From contig CAYFZZ010000192.1 of NCBI GenBank assembly GCA_964347545.1, positions 1 to 55,724 on the forward strand: DNA of 55,724 nt. The letters are read 5' to 3'. The notes beneath the pieces were generated by a model. The model did no database searches and was not told the DNA's origin. It saw only the letters and a program-made list of their open reading frames with translations. The stretch is from an uncultured Planctomycetaceae bacterium. Lineage in GTDB: Bacteria > Planctomycetota > Planctomycetia > Pirellulales > UBA7805. Both the position numbers and the translations under genes were made by a program. This document shows positions 7,570 through 17,100 of the stretch, in pieces (position 1 is the first letter of the stretch; each line of letters starts with the position of its first letter).

Positions 7570-9645
7570 TCAAGCGGTTGGCGTTACGGGGCGTCGAGGT
7601 TTGGCCGACCAGGGGCTGGACAGTTGCACGGCGACGGCCACCGTCGCGGCAAACATGAATCCCCACGGCTGGGGAAACGCAGCCCAGTTGGCGGGGAAGG
7701 GCCACAGGAGGTACAACGCTCCGGCCCACGTGACGGCGACCGCGGTCGACCAGAGGCTGAGCCGTGCCGAGCGATTGGGATGGCTCAGCCGCCACCAGCG
7801 GACTAGCAGAAAGAGAAAGCCGAAGTAAGACAAGTAGGTCATCAAAGCGTGGGGCGCGAATTGATCTGCGACAGCAGAAGGGGACGGACCGGATTTTGGC
7901 TCAGCCCCGGCCCACACGGGCTGAGCGGAAAACTCGTGCGGCAGGCTGACCCACAGATGTTGCTGGACCCCGTAGGCCGCCCCGCCCACCAGGAGGCCCA
8001 CGACCAGCATCCAGAACCGCCGCACCGCCGGCTCGGTATCGCCACCTTCCCAAATTTTTCCCGGGATCAACACGCCCCACGTGCCCAGCGTGCTGGTCAA
8101 GGCCAGCCAGGCGTACTGTTCGCTACTCGCTTCCACGCCGCGCAGCAGCAGCATCACCAGGCTCATCACCAGGCAAACCACGCCGCTCAGCACCATCGAC
8201 CCGCTCAACTCCGTCATCTTCTCCCGCGCCGTCTTGACGGGCAGGGGGGGCGAACTGGGGGTAGGCCAGCGTCGTCGTCGAGCGTGGGCGGGGTGGGGAT
8301 TGCCCTCGGCCACGGGGGGACCACTGGCCGCCGCTGCGACGGGAGGCGGCGGCGATGCCGCCGCAGGCCCCGCCAGCGGCTGGGCCGAGCCAGCCGATGT
8401 CCGATGGCCGAGAGACCAGCAGGCGCGATAGACCAGGTAGGTCAGCACCAGGCAGACCAGGGCCGGAAACAAAACCACGGACGTCTGGAGGATCAACCAG
8501 ATGGCCCCGGCGATAAAGACGACCTTCACCAGCGTGTTGAACTGGTTGTTCCAGGCGCTGCCGAACTGAGCACACTGTTGCTTGACCCACCGCAGGATCG
8601 GTTCTTCGGTCTCCTCGGGGGGAGGAAGGGCCGAGGGCGGTGGACCTGCCAGGGGGGCGTGGTCGGTCGCATCGTCGGCCAGCTGGGCCATCACCGCCGG
8701 GTCCCTGGCCGGATGCGCCTCGCTCGCGGGGAGCAGGGGCGACGTCTGGGGCGCCAGGGGGGTCGGCGCGGGGGCGGAAAGCGGCGGGAGGTCGGCCAGC
8801 AGCTCGGCCGCGGAAGCGTAACGGACGCGGGGGTCCTTGGCCAGGGCCCGACCCACAATCGTCCGGTACGGTTCGGCCAGCCTCGTCAGATCCGGTTCGG
8901 CCGTCAAATGCTTCATCAAGATCTCGCCGACGCTTTCCCCCTCGAACGGGACTCGGCCCGTTAACATCTCGTAGCAGATCACGCCCAGCGCATAGAGATC
9001 GATTTCCTTGCCGTAACGCCCGTTGGCGATTTCGGGCGCCATGTAATGGACCGTACCAACGCTCTCGGTCTGTCCGCTGCGCCGACTGCAGGAAATGAAT
9101 TTGGAGAGCCCGTAATCGCCAATCTTGACCAGGCCGTTTTCGGAAAAGATGTTGCCCGGCTTCAAATCGCGATGCACGATCCCCGATTCGTGCAGGTAGG
9201 CCACGCCGGCGGCGATGCCCCGGATCCAGGCGTTCGCTTCCTCGGGGGGCAGGCCCTCGGGGTGTAGGCGGATCACCTCTTCCAGCCGCTGACCCGCCAC
9301 ATGCTCCATGACCACCCAGTGATCGTCACTGGGGTCACAGCGGATATCGTAGAGCGCCACCAGGTTGGGATGTTTCAGGTTCAGGCACTGCACCACGCCG
9401 CGGAGTTCCACATCGAAGTTGCGGCGGATCAGTTTTAGGGCGACTTCCTTGCCACCGTCGCTGACGGCGAAATAGACCTCACCGAAACCGCCGTGACCAA
9501 TCCCCCGCTTGATGGTAAACCCGTCCAGGGGCCGGGAACCGCTGCGGTAGATGAATCGCCGCTGGTCTCGGGCCGAGGGGTCAGACGCCGAGCCGTCTGG
9601 GGGCTGAGCGACGGTCAGATCGGCTTGTTCGGTACGAACTTTCAT
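7570..9645 (-). CDS. Ser/Thr protein kinase with Pro-rich linker and large polytopic C-terminal membrane domain
   Basis: Hanks kinase motifs are present: GHGGFGEVY, VALKLI, HRDLKPGNI, DYGLSK and APE. After about 300 aa there is a P/A-rich linker, then at least 8 hydrophobic segments. Confidence 0.9.
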   Translation of the reverse strand: MKVRTEQADLTVAQPPDGSASDPSARDQRRFIYRSGSRPLDGFTIKRGIGHGGFGEVYFAVSDGGKEVALKLIRRNFDVELRGVVQCLNLKHPNLVALYDIRCDPSDDHWVVMEHVAGQRLEEVIRLHPEGLPPEEANAWIRGIAAGVAYLHESGIVHRDLKPGNIFSENGLVKIGDYGLSKFISCSRRSGQTESVGTVHYMAPEIANGRYGKEIDLYALGVICYEMLTGRVPFEGESVGEILMKHLTAEPDLTRLAEPYRTIVGRALAKDPRVRYASAAELLADLPPLSAPAPTPLAPQTSPLLPASEAHPARDPAVMAQLADDATDHAPLAGPPPSALPPPEETEEPILRWVKQQCAQFGSAWNNQFNTLVKVVFIAGAIWLILQTSVVLFPALVCLVLTYLVYRACWSLGHRTSAGSAQPLAGPAAASPPPPVAAAASGPPVAEGNPHPAHARRRRWPTPSSPPLPVKTAREKMTELSGSMVLSGVVCLVMSLVMLLLRGVEASSEQYAWLALTSTLGTWGVLIPGKIWEGGDTEPAVRRFWMLVVGLLVGGAAYGVQQHLWVSLPHEFSAQPVWAGAEPKSGPSPSAVADQFAPHALMTYLSYFGFLFLLVRWWRLSHPNRSARLSLWSTAVAVTWAGALYLLWPFPANWAAFPQPWGFMFAATVAVAVQLSSPWSAKPRRPVTPTA

Positions 9646-9814
9646 GGCCCACGACCTGTGCGTGATCGGCGTGCAGCGAAACGGGAGGGACCCGTGACGT
9701 TGCCAGACCTTTTCATTTTAGGGAACACTTTAGTCGCGTGCAGCGGCCGTGTGTTACCGCGAGTTGAGATGGATGAAAGTCGCCCATGACCGTTCCCGTT
9801 CAGCCCACCAAAGT

Positions 9815-9859
9815 CCCCTCTCCCCCATCCCCCGGCACGCCGGGGGACGGGGGAGAGGG
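9815..9859. repeat. GC-rich extended hairpin (CCCCTCTCCCCCATCCCCCGGC-ACG-CCGGGGGACGGGGGAGAGGG)
   Basis: An almost perfect 20-bp inverted repeat read directly from the sequence. It sits in the FHA-kinase intergenic region. Confidence 0.6.
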
Positions 9860-9936
9860 TACCGGAGGCGTGTCTGGCAAGCAGGGGAAACAGCGCCATC
9901 TTTCCTTCTGCTGCCATCCGGTAAAGTGTTTTCATT

Positions 9937-10599
9937 TTAGACACTTTCCATCGCCAAGGAAAAATCCCTCCCGCGGACCGTGATCCCGGGTCCCTGACCC
10001 CCTCCGGCGGGGCCGCGGTGACCATGAATTTCGATTTCCCCCGCGGTGTGGCATGTCCACTGTTGGTTATCGCGAAACAGCACGACCTCCCCAGCCAGGT
10101 GGGGGGCGACAATGTGGCAAGTGGGGCTGGGTCCCAGGATCAGCGTGTCGGCCATCAGGATCACACCGTCCACGGCCGGCTGCGTGCGGTGGTGGCTGAC
10201 CAGGTCCAGCCGAGCGGTCGCGCTGAGCGGATGGGGTTGGCGAAAGTTTAGCTGGACGTGGGAGCTGAGCTGAATCAGCGCACCGTCCCGGAGGTTCGCC
10301 GCTGACGGTAACTTGTGGTGGTCAATCCGCGTTTCCGCCAGCGGGACGGCGACGTACCCCTCGGGATCGCGGCGGATCGTCAGGTGCCGCCGCGAGATGT
10401 CGGCTTGGAGGGGCACGTCGACACCAGGTGTGGGCAAGGCCTGGCCCAGGATGATCCGATCCCCTCCACAGACGAGGAACCCGCCCACGGCATCGACCCA
10501 CAACAACAGCCGATAACCGGCCGGAAACGCCATCCCTTGGCCCCCCAGGACGGGGTGGCCGAACGAGTGCGATCTGGAGGGGGGGATTCCGGCGACCAT
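9937..10599 (-). CDS. FHA-domain protein (two FHA-like halves)
   Basis: The first half reads ILGQALPTPGVDVPLQADISRRHLTIRRDPEGYVAVPL ... NLRDGALIQL. The second reads LILGPSPTCHIVAPHLAGEVVLFRDNQQWTCH ... ITVRGRDFSL. Start chosen at ATG 10599, downstream of the preceding gene's stop. Confidence 0.75.
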   Translation of the reverse strand: MVAGIPPSRSHSFGHPVLGGQGMAFPAGYRLLLWVDAVGGFLVCGGDRIILGQALPTPGVDVPLQADISRRHLTIRRDPEGYVAVPLAETRIDHHKLPSAANLRDGALIQLSSHVQLNFRQPHPLSATARLDLVSHHRTQPAVDGVILMADTLILGPSPTCHIVAPHLAGEVVLFRDNQQWTCHTAGEIEIHGHRGPAGGGQGPGITVRGRDFSLAMESV

Positions 10600-10693
10600 G
10601 TTCGTCGTGTCCTGGGGTGGATATTTGCTGGATCCTCTCCGGGCAGCCCCCGTGGCTGGTCCCGGCTGTCCGCCCTGCCCCTGCAAGGCTGGA

Positions 10694-11497
10694 CTATCGT
10701 GTCCGACCGGCGACCAGCTCCTCCCCGTCCAGCGGCTGGTCAAAGTACTCGGTGATCTGCTGCTCGAGGTCGGCCGCCGCGGGCTCTTCCAGGATGATCT
10801 CGCCCCGATATTGGCCTTCGGCGTTCACGATCCGTTCGGCAACATCCAGCCGCGTGCGCAGCTTGGTAATCAGCTCTTTGCACCGTCCCAGACGGCTATC
10901 GTCCACGTTGATTTCGCTGGACGTCTGGGCGACTTCGACCATTTTCAACCGTGCTTCCAGGTTTTCCACGTCGACTTCCAATTGCCGCTTGGCGGCCAGC
11001 ATGTGCTCCAGCTTTTGCCGAGCTGCCTCCAGGCTGCGTGTCCGCGCGTCGTAGATTTCGCGCAAACTGGCCAGCGTGGCATCGTCCGTCTTGTACCGCT
11101 CAAAACGATTAGCCAAATCCCTCCGCACCTGGCTGACGGTGTAATAACGCCCAGCATAGGTATAGCCGTCGCGGGGCGAAGTCAGATCGTCCCGCAGGCG
11201 GACGATATCTGTTTTCTCCTGCGCCAGGTTCTCTTCCGCCTGGGCAATCTGCCGCTGCAGCCGTTCCACTTCGACCTCTTCCGTGGCAATCACATGCATC
11301 GCCTTGCGGATATCAGGTAGCAGGTTCTGGACCATCTTCCGTGCCCGATCGATCTCGAATTCCACGGGCACCTTCTCTTTGACCGAATCCTTCATCCAGC
11401 CCACGCTGGTCCCGACATAGCTGGCGGCATCCCGGCCACAAAAGAAGAGGGACAGGAGGGCGAGGCTGGCGGTGACGATAAGCATTTTCCGGACCAT
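10694..11497 (-). CDS. N-terminally membrane-anchored coiled-coil protein, PspA/IM30-like
   Basis: ATG 11497 is preceded by GGAGGAAA. A TM/signal anchor (MVRKMLIVTASLALLSLFF) is followed by about 230 aa of heptad-rich sequence (EVERLQRQIAQAEENLAQEK ... LEVDVENLEARLKMVEVAQ) laid out like PspA. Confidence 0.7.
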   Translation of the reverse strand: MVRKMLIVTASLALLSLFFCGRDAASYVGTSVGWMKDSVKEKVPVEFEIDRARKMVQNLLPDIRKAMHVIATEEVEVERLQRQIAQAEENLAQEKTDIVRLRDDLTSPRDGYTYAGRYYTVSQVRRDLANRFERYKTDDATLASLREIYDARTRSLEAARQKLEHMLAAKRQLEVDVENLEARLKMVEVAQTSSEINVDDSRLGRCKELITKLRTRLDVAERIVNAEGQYRGEIILEEPAAADLEQQITEYFDQPLDGEELVAGRTR

Positions 11498-11699
11498 GAC
11501 AGTTTCCTCCACGTGGGGGTGCGGCGAAGAGACAGGCCGCGGACCGGCCCGTCCAGGTGTTGCTACTCGTATTTCGCCCCGGCCGGCCCGATCTTGGCAG
11601 TCCCCGGGGTAATTTGACAGATTTTTCCTAAGTCGTGGCGGGCAACGGGATGCGAGCCCGGGGGGGGAGGAGCGGCGATGGGGCCTCCGGCGGCACCCG

Positions 11700-11760
11700 C
11701 CAGGCCGCTCGACCAGGCCGCTCGACCAGGCCGCTCGACCGGCCCGCTCGACCGGGCCGC
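11700..11760. repeat. 13-nt tandem repeat (CAGGCCGCTCGAC x3, then two degenerate units)
   Basis: Read directly from the sequence in the intergenic region between the PspA-like gene and the PilZ gene. Confidence 0.85.
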
Positions 11761-11924
11761 CGTCGCAGGCGCTCCGCAGACGACCCTCGCCGCCCCTCCG
11801 CCCTCGGGGGGAATCCGCCGTCCGCAGCCGATGCTGCCCTGGGCCCAGGGGATGGTCGGCCGGCCCCTGGCAGCCGGCGGTCAGAGGGTCTGGGGGAAGC
11901 GGGCTGGTGGGCGGCAGAAATTTT

Positions 11925-11953
11925 TTGACATGACCCGCCTTGTGACCTAAGTT
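11925..11953 (+). promoter_or_regulatory. Candidate sigma-70-type promoter (TTGACA-17 nt-TAAGTT) upstream of the PilZ gene
   Basis: TTGACA at 11925-11930 is preceded by an A/T tract (GAAATTTTT). A 17-nt spacer leads to TAAGTT at 11948-11953. This implies a leader of about 210 nt. Confidence 0.35.
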
Positions 11954-12169
11954 TGCGATGGTGTTGTCTGCCGGGCGGGTTCCCGCCTGCGGCCCCTCTG
12001 CTGACCGTTCGACCCCTGTGGGTGCTCGCACCAGGTACCTCTGCGCGCGTGGTTCCCAGAGGGCGGAAGGGGGTGGAGGAAGGGGTGGGCCGAGCTCGGT
12101 GGGGGGGCGAGGGCAAAGGTTGTGGTGATGGGTTGAGCAGCGAGCTGGTGGCTGCAGAGAGGAAGGGCG

Positions 12170-12649
12170 ATGAGATCGTCGATTTCCCCCGCCAAGCAGC
12201 AGGTGCGATTTCGTATTCGTCGCGATCTGCGGACGATCAAGAAAGTGCTGAGACAGATCCGGCAGAGCGAGCATCTGGCCAGCCACTGCCTGTTTGGGCG
12301 GCGGACGGAAGCGCGGTTGCTGGATCACGTGGAAAGACGGGTTGCCCAGCGGGCACCGTTAGAACTGCCAATTTACGTGACGGTTGCGGACTACGACGGG
12401 CGGGATGCCGTGGTGTGGGAGATCGAGGGGGGCGAAGCCCTGGCGATCACCAAGGATGTCTCCTTGCGGGGTGTCGGTTTCACCCACGAAGAACCCTTTG
12501 AGGGGGATTATGCCCTGGTGACCTTTGAGCTGTTGGATGCCGAGCCTATCTCGTTGCTGGTCGAGATGCGGTGGACGAATCTCGTGCGGGGTCGGCTGTA
12601 CTTGAGCGGCGGGAGGTTTGTGGGGATCCCGATTCCCTGCGCCGATTAG
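12170..12649 (+). CDS. PilZ-domain (c-di-GMP-binding type) protein
   Basis: An RxxxR-like motif (ERRVAQRAP) is followed by D-x-S-x-x-G ([10 protein letters not shown]) at PilZ-like spacing. The stop overlaps the hisG stop in a convergent arrangement. Confidence 0.65.
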   Translation: MRSSISPAKQQVRFRIRRDLRTIKKVLRQIRQSEHLASHCLFGRRTEARLLDHVERRVAQRAPLELPIYVTVADYDGRDAVVWEIEGGEALAITKDVSLRGVGFTHEEPFEGDYALVTFELLDAEPISLLVEMRWTNLVRGRLYLSGGRFVGIPIPCAD

Positions 12650-13521
12650 TCGATGACTTTGTTCAGCGGATACTCGACAATCCCGCGGGCTCCGGCCACT
12701 TTCAACTGGGGAATGATCGTGCGGACGACCGCTTCGTCGATGACGGTGATCACGTCGACCCAATCGTCATCCGCCAGGTTGGAGATCGTGGGATTTTGCA
12801 GCGAGGGCAAGATCGCCAGCACCTCCGGCAAGCGGTTCCGGGGCACGTTCACCATCAAGCCCACCTTGCCTTCGGCGGCGATGGCGCCTCGTAACATCAA
12901 GGCGATATCGTCGATCTTCTGTTTTTTCCACGCATCCTGCCGCGCCGCGTGATTGGCGATCAGCCGCGTCGTGCTCTGCAAGATCTCCTCCACGATCCGC
13001 AGATTGTTCGCTCGCAGAGAACTGCCGGTTTCCGTGACCTCCACGATGGCATCGGCCAGCTTCGGCGGCTTGACCTCGGTGGCCCCCCAGCTGAATTCGA
13101 CTTTGGCTTCCACGCCATGCCGAGCCAGGAAGTTTCGCGTCAGCCCGACCGCCTCGGTGGCGATCCGCGCGCCCTGAAGGTCCTGGACCGACTGCACCGG
13201 CGAGTCGACCGGGACGCATAATACCCACCGTACGGGGCGTCGGCTGGCCTTGGAAAACACCAGTTCCTCGACTTCGTAGACATCCGCGCCGGTCTCGACA
13301 ATCCAGTCGTATCCCGTCAAACCGGCGTCCAGCACGCCGTCTTGGACATAGCGAGCCATTTCCTGGGCGCGGATCAACATGCACTCGATTTCGTCGTCGT
13401 CAATCGCCGGAAAATAGCTGCGACTGGAAAACGTGATCTTGTAGCCGGCCCGGCGGAACAGTTCGGCCGTCGCTTCCTGGAGACTGCCGGCGGGGATGCC
13501 TAGTTTCAGCAGGTTAGACAT
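12646..13521 (-). CDS. hisG: ATP phosphoribosyltransferase, long form
   Basis: [27 protein letters not shown] ... DAGLTGYDW ... [15 protein letters not shown], 291 aa, with a C-terminal regulatory domain. Confidence 0.92.
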   Translation of the reverse strand: MSNLLKLGIPAGSLQEATAELFRRAGYKITFSSRSYFPAIDDDEIECMLIRAQEMARYVQDGVLDAGLTGYDWIVETGADVYEVEELVFSKASRRPVRWVLCVPVDSPVQSVQDLQGARIATEAVGLTRNFLARHGVEAKVEFSWGATEVKPPKLADAIVEVTETGSSLRANNLRIVEEILQSTTRLIANHAARQDAWKKQKIDDIALMLRGAIAAEGKVGLMVNVPRNRLPEVLAILPSLQNPTISNLADDDWVDVITVIDEAVVRTIIPQLKVAGARGIVEYPLNKVID

Positions 13522-13592
13522 GGGGGACCTGGAATCGGTGCTCGGGGTTCGCTGATCAACGATGGCAGAGCCAGGGGAGGTGGGGCAGCGGG

Positions 13593-13988
13593 TCAATGGC
13601 TGCCATAGACTTCTCGCGGGTCGAAGATTTGCGGGCCGACGACCCGGGTGCCATCCGGGGTAACCTCGTGAAAGAAACAGCTGCGGCGGCCGGTATGGCA
13701 GGCGGCCTGGCCCACCTGGTTGACCTTCAAGAGGATTGCGTCGCAGTCGCAATCGTAAAACACCGCAGCCACCTCCTGCACATGCCCGCTTTCCTCCCCC
13801 TTGCGCCACAATCGCTGGCGGCTGCGGCTGTAATACACAGCCCGCTTGGTCTGCAGGGTTTCCTGGTAGCTCTCCTGGTTCATGTACGCCAGCATCAACA
13901 CCTCGCCCGTCGTCATGTCCTGGGCTATGGCGGGCAAGAGACCATCGCCCTTGCTGAAGTCGGGACCCGTTGGTGGCGTTTCGGCCAT
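13593..13988 (-). CDS. hisI: Phosphoribosyl-AMP cyclohydrolase (monofunctional HisI)
   Basis: [53 protein letters not shown] ... [11 protein letters not shown] ... [10 protein letters not shown]. Start taken at the MAETPP methionine. Confidence 0.9.
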   Translation of the reverse strand: MAETPPTGPDFSKGDGLLPAIAQDMTTGEVLMLAYMNQESYQETLQTKRAVYYSRSRQRLWRKGEESGHVQEVAAVFYDCDCDAILLKVNQVGQAACHTGRRSCFFHEVTPDGTRVVGPQIFDPREVYGSH

Positions 13989-14322
13989 CTCCAATTCTCG
14001 CTGTGCCTTCCCGCCCTGGTGCCCGCTGCCGCAGAACCTGGCCGTGGCTCGTTTGGCCGTCCAAAGGTCGCATTGTAATGAGATTCGCTCAGCAAGTCCA
14101 TGAACGACGGCGACCCGGCGGTGGCGAGAACCGCTTGGTCTGGCCCACCGGACCGCGGTGGTCGCGTGGCCCGCCGGCTGGGCAGCCGATTCCCCACACG
14201 CCCCGGCGGGGGCCGTCACCGATGGGGCAGGGCTGCCTGATGCCAGTTCGCGTGGCTGCCCGGCGGTGGCAGAACGATCCGCGCAAGATGCGGCGGTTTC
14301 CTGGCGGGGAGGCGGCCAGGAC

Positions 14323-15465
14323 TCAGGTGGAGAGGGACGAGGCCAGGGCGGACTGGCTGCTGGTCACGCCCACCGGCACGTTCCGCCCCCCCTGCAGTTC
14401 GTCCCGCTCGTCCTCGACCGCCGTGTCCGCCAGCAACTGCTGGAAGCCCGTCTTCAAAGACTCTGCGCGGGGGGGCGTCCACCATTGACGAAAGGCCTCG
14501 CAGGCTGCGTCCAGTCGCCGCTGCTCGTCGGCCACCAGCAGCTGCATGCGTTGCCCGGCCTTTTTGCCACGGATTGCTTGCCGCCAGGTGTCGAATAGGC
14601 GGAGGGCGGTGGCGTGGTCATTGATTTCGCCCAGCTTTTCCTGCACGATGGCAAACACGGGGTACAGGTCGTGGCGTAACGCGTCGGGGAACGCGCCGGC
14701 GTAGATTTCCAAGGCGTAACGGAGCCGTTTGCCCACAATCCGCATCTCGTGCAAAGCCTCAATCTGGCTCAAGTCGCTGGTCGCAGCCTGGAAAAATTTG
14801 GCGACATCCACTGGCAAGCGCTGCCGCGCGAAACTGCCGAATGTCTGGGGGAAGTCGGCTGGGGGACGGATGCGTTTGATCAGCCGCCGCATCCGGCGCT
14901 TCAAATGTTGGCGTAAGGCACGGCGGTATGCCTTGCGCGCGGGTCGCTGGGCCTCTTTCCGCAGCTTGGCGATCCTGCGCAGGACTTTCTGTGTGCCATT
15001 CTTGTTCTCTGAGCCCGAGAGTCGCTCCAGCCGTTCTGCCAGCACGTCCAGATCGCGGGCTTGACCCACCGCTCGCCGCAAACGCCGTAGTTCTTTCCGC
15101 ATCCGGCCGGCGCGGGAGGCAGGCAGGACGGGAGCAAAGATGTCCATGGCGGCGACCGCGCGACGGGTGGCCACGCGCAATTGATGCACATGTTCCACAT
15201 CGTTGGGCGACTTCTGCCCCGCCAGGGCCAGAAAGCGTTGGACTTCGTCGAACCGTCGAGCCAGCGCGCGGCCGGCCACCTGGGTCACCAGCATTTCGGG
15301 ATGGGTGTCAAGCCACTTTGCTGCCACGGTGGGGATGCTTTCTGCGCAAATGGAGACCCGGATAAGCGTTGCGACTGCCAGGCGTCTCAGGCGGCACCAC
15401 CGGTTGACGAGCGTGGCGGGCCACCGAACAACTGGGACGGCACCCGGCAGAGACCAGGTGGGCAC
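14323..15465 (-). CDS. CHAD-domain protein (polyphosphate-associated family)
   Basis: [17 protein letters not shown] ... [16 protein letters not shown] ... [15 protein letters not shown] are typical CHAD repeats. The start is uncertain: GTG at 15465, or ATG at 15294. Confidence 0.75.
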   Translation of the reverse strand: MPTWSLPGAVPVVRWPATLVNRWCRLRRLAVATLIRVSICAESIPTVAAKWLDTHPEMLVTQVAGRALARRFDEVQRFLALAGQKSPNDVEHVHQLRVATRRAVAAMDIFAPVLPASRAGRMRKELRRLRRAVGQARDLDVLAERLERLSGSENKNGTQKVLRRIAKLRKEAQRPARKAYRRALRQHLKRRMRRLIKRIRPPADFPQTFGSFARQRLPVDVAKFFQAATSDLSQIEALHEMRIVGKRLRYALEIYAGAFPDALRHDLYPVFAIVQEKLGEINDHATALRLFDTWRQAIRGKKAGQRMQLLVADEQRRLDAACEAFRQWWTPPRAESLKTGFQQLLADTAVEDERDELQGGRNVPVGVTSSQSALASSLST

Positions 15466-15571
15466 CGCTCCTGAAGGACCTACCTTCCAGTGTACCGACC
15501 CGGGGCGGTCATGGTAAGCAGCCGTTTTTCCCGGGCCTCAGGAGGGGCTGGCGGCCCCGGACGGCGGGGTG

Positions 15572-16249
15572 TCAGGAAACGGCCTTCCGGTGCCGTACAT
15601 CTTCGCCTTCCACCAGGAACACGACCTCTTTGCAGATATTCGTGGCCTGGTCCCCGATCCGCTCGAGATGCCGGCCGATCAACACCTGGGCCACGGCCGC
15701 GGAGATATCTTGAGCTCCGGCGAGGACCTCACGGAGCACGTCGTCGGTAAACAGCTCCTTCATGACCTGATCGTTCAAGGCGTCGACCAGGTCGTCCTGA
15801 GTTCGGGTGGCTTTGGCCTTGGCGGGATCCTTGCGGAAGTAGGCATCCAGGGCGTCATCCACGATGCGGTAGACCAGGTCCGCCATCTGCTTCAACTTGG
15901 GACGAATGGGTTGCGCCTGCGGGTCCGCAGGCATCATTTCCAGCGCCTCGCAGACATTCAGGCACTGGTCCCCCATCCGTTCCAACTGCGAGGTCACATG
16001 CGTGATGACCAAAAGGTCACGCAGCGCGGTAGCCACGGGTCCAAAGACGGTTAACATGCGGACCGCTTCGCGATCGATCTCCATCTGCATCCGGTCCAGT
16101 TCCGTCTCTTTTTGCCGTAGTTCTTGTTGAACCTTTTGCTGGCGATCTTTGACCATGCTGGTGATCAACTGGACCATCGATTTGGCCAGCGCGGCCATCT
16201 GATCGAGTTGCTGGTGCAAGGCATGGAGTTCTTCATCAAATCTTTTCAT
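15572..16249 (-). CDS. phoU: Phosphate-transport regulator PhoU
   Basis: Two PhoU repeats are present (RMGDQCLNVCEAL, RIGDQATNICKEV). ATG 16249 has GAGGTGG 5-8 nt upstream. Confidence 0.9.
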   Translation of the reverse strand: MKRFDEELHALHQQLDQMAALAKSMVQLITSMVKDRQQKVQQELRQKETELDRMQMEIDREAVRMLTVFGPVATALRDLLVITHVTSQLERMGDQCLNVCEALEMMPADPQAQPIRPKLKQMADLVYRIVDDALDAYFRKDPAKAKATRTQDDLVDALNDQVMKELFTDDVLREVLAGAQDISAAVAQVLIGRHLERIGDQATNICKEVVFLVEGEDVRHRKAVS

Positions 16250-16305
16250 CCTGGCCACCTCGATCTGTACCCGGGAGGGATGGGGGGAAGTGTTGGACGC
16301 GGTCC

Positions 16306-17100
16306 TTATCCGTACCGTCCTTGAATGTAGTCCTCGGTCTGCGACTTGCGGGGGTTGAAGAAGATATCCGTGGTCTTGTTGTGTTCGATGATTTCACCCA
16401 GCAGCATGAAAATACATTCGTCACTGGCTCGACGGGCTTGAGCCATATTGTGGGTGACGATCACGACCGTGTATTTTTCCCGCAGGCTGGCCAGCAGCGA
16501 TTCGATTTTCTCGGTCCCTTCGGCGTCGAGTGCCGAGCAGGGTTCGTCCATGAGGATGACGCGGGGCTTGAGCGGCAGGAGCCGAGCGATACAGAGCTTT
16601 TGTTGCTGTTCCAGGGTCAAGCGGGTGGCTTTTTTCTTGAGCTGGTCCTTGACCGCGTCCCACAGCGCCACTTCCTGCAAGGCCGACTCCACCAGCTGGT
16701 CCTTCTCCCGCCGCGCCAAGCTGCCGCGGCGCGTGTGAGCTCGGACGCCAAACAGCACGTTGTCATAAATCGAGATCGGCAAGGGGTTGGGGCGCTGGAA
16801 TACCATCCCCACACATTTACGCAGCTCGCTCAGCGACACATCCGCATCGTAGATGTTTTTTTCCAGGATCGTAATCTCGCCCGTGGTGGTGACATTCCCG
16901 TATCGTTCATTGATCCGGTTGAAGCAGCGGAGCAGTGTGGTTTTGCCACAGCCAGAGGGTCCGATGAGGCTGGTGATCAGGCCTTGGCGGACGTTGATGG
17001 TGACGTTGCGCAGAGCCTGGAAGTTGCCGTAAAACAGGCTGAGGTCCACCGTGCGAATGCTGAACGGCGTCTGCAGTTGGGGGGCTGTCACGGCTTCCAT
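16306..17100 (-). CDS. pstB: Phosphate ABC transporter ATPase PstB, copy 2 (canonical nucleotide-binding core, degenerate signature LTLEQ)
   Basis: Walker A is GPSGCGKTT, Q-loop VGMVFQRPNP, Walker B ILMDEPCSALD, H-loop VTHNMAQA. The signature reads LTLEQQQKL instead of LSGGQQQRL. The ATG overlaps the stop of copy 1 (TAATG). Confidence 0.92.
   Translation of the reverse strand: MEAVTAPQLQTPFSIRTVDLSLFYGNFQALRNVTINVRQGLITSLIGPSGCGKTTLLRCFNRINERYGNVTTTGEITILEKNIYDADVSLSELRKCVGMVFQRPNPLPISIYDNVLFGVRAHTRRGSLARREKDQLVESALQEVALWDAVKDQLKKKATRLTLEQQQKLCIARLLPLKPRVILMDEPCSALDAEGTEKIESLLASLREKYTVVIVTHNMAQARRASDECIFMLLGEIIEHNKTTDIFFNPRKSQTEDYIQGRYG

Noticed and set aside
9642-10112. A 156-aa minus-strand ORF spanning the FHA/kinase intergenic region.
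   Set aside because: It overlaps the 3' end of the FHA gene in another frame and runs through the GC hairpin and AT-rich repeats. The translation has no coding character.
12646-12649. A 4-nt overlap of the convergent PilZ and hisG stop codons as a regulatory feature.
   Set aside because: Overlapping convergent stops are common in compact genomes, and nothing else distinguishes the site.
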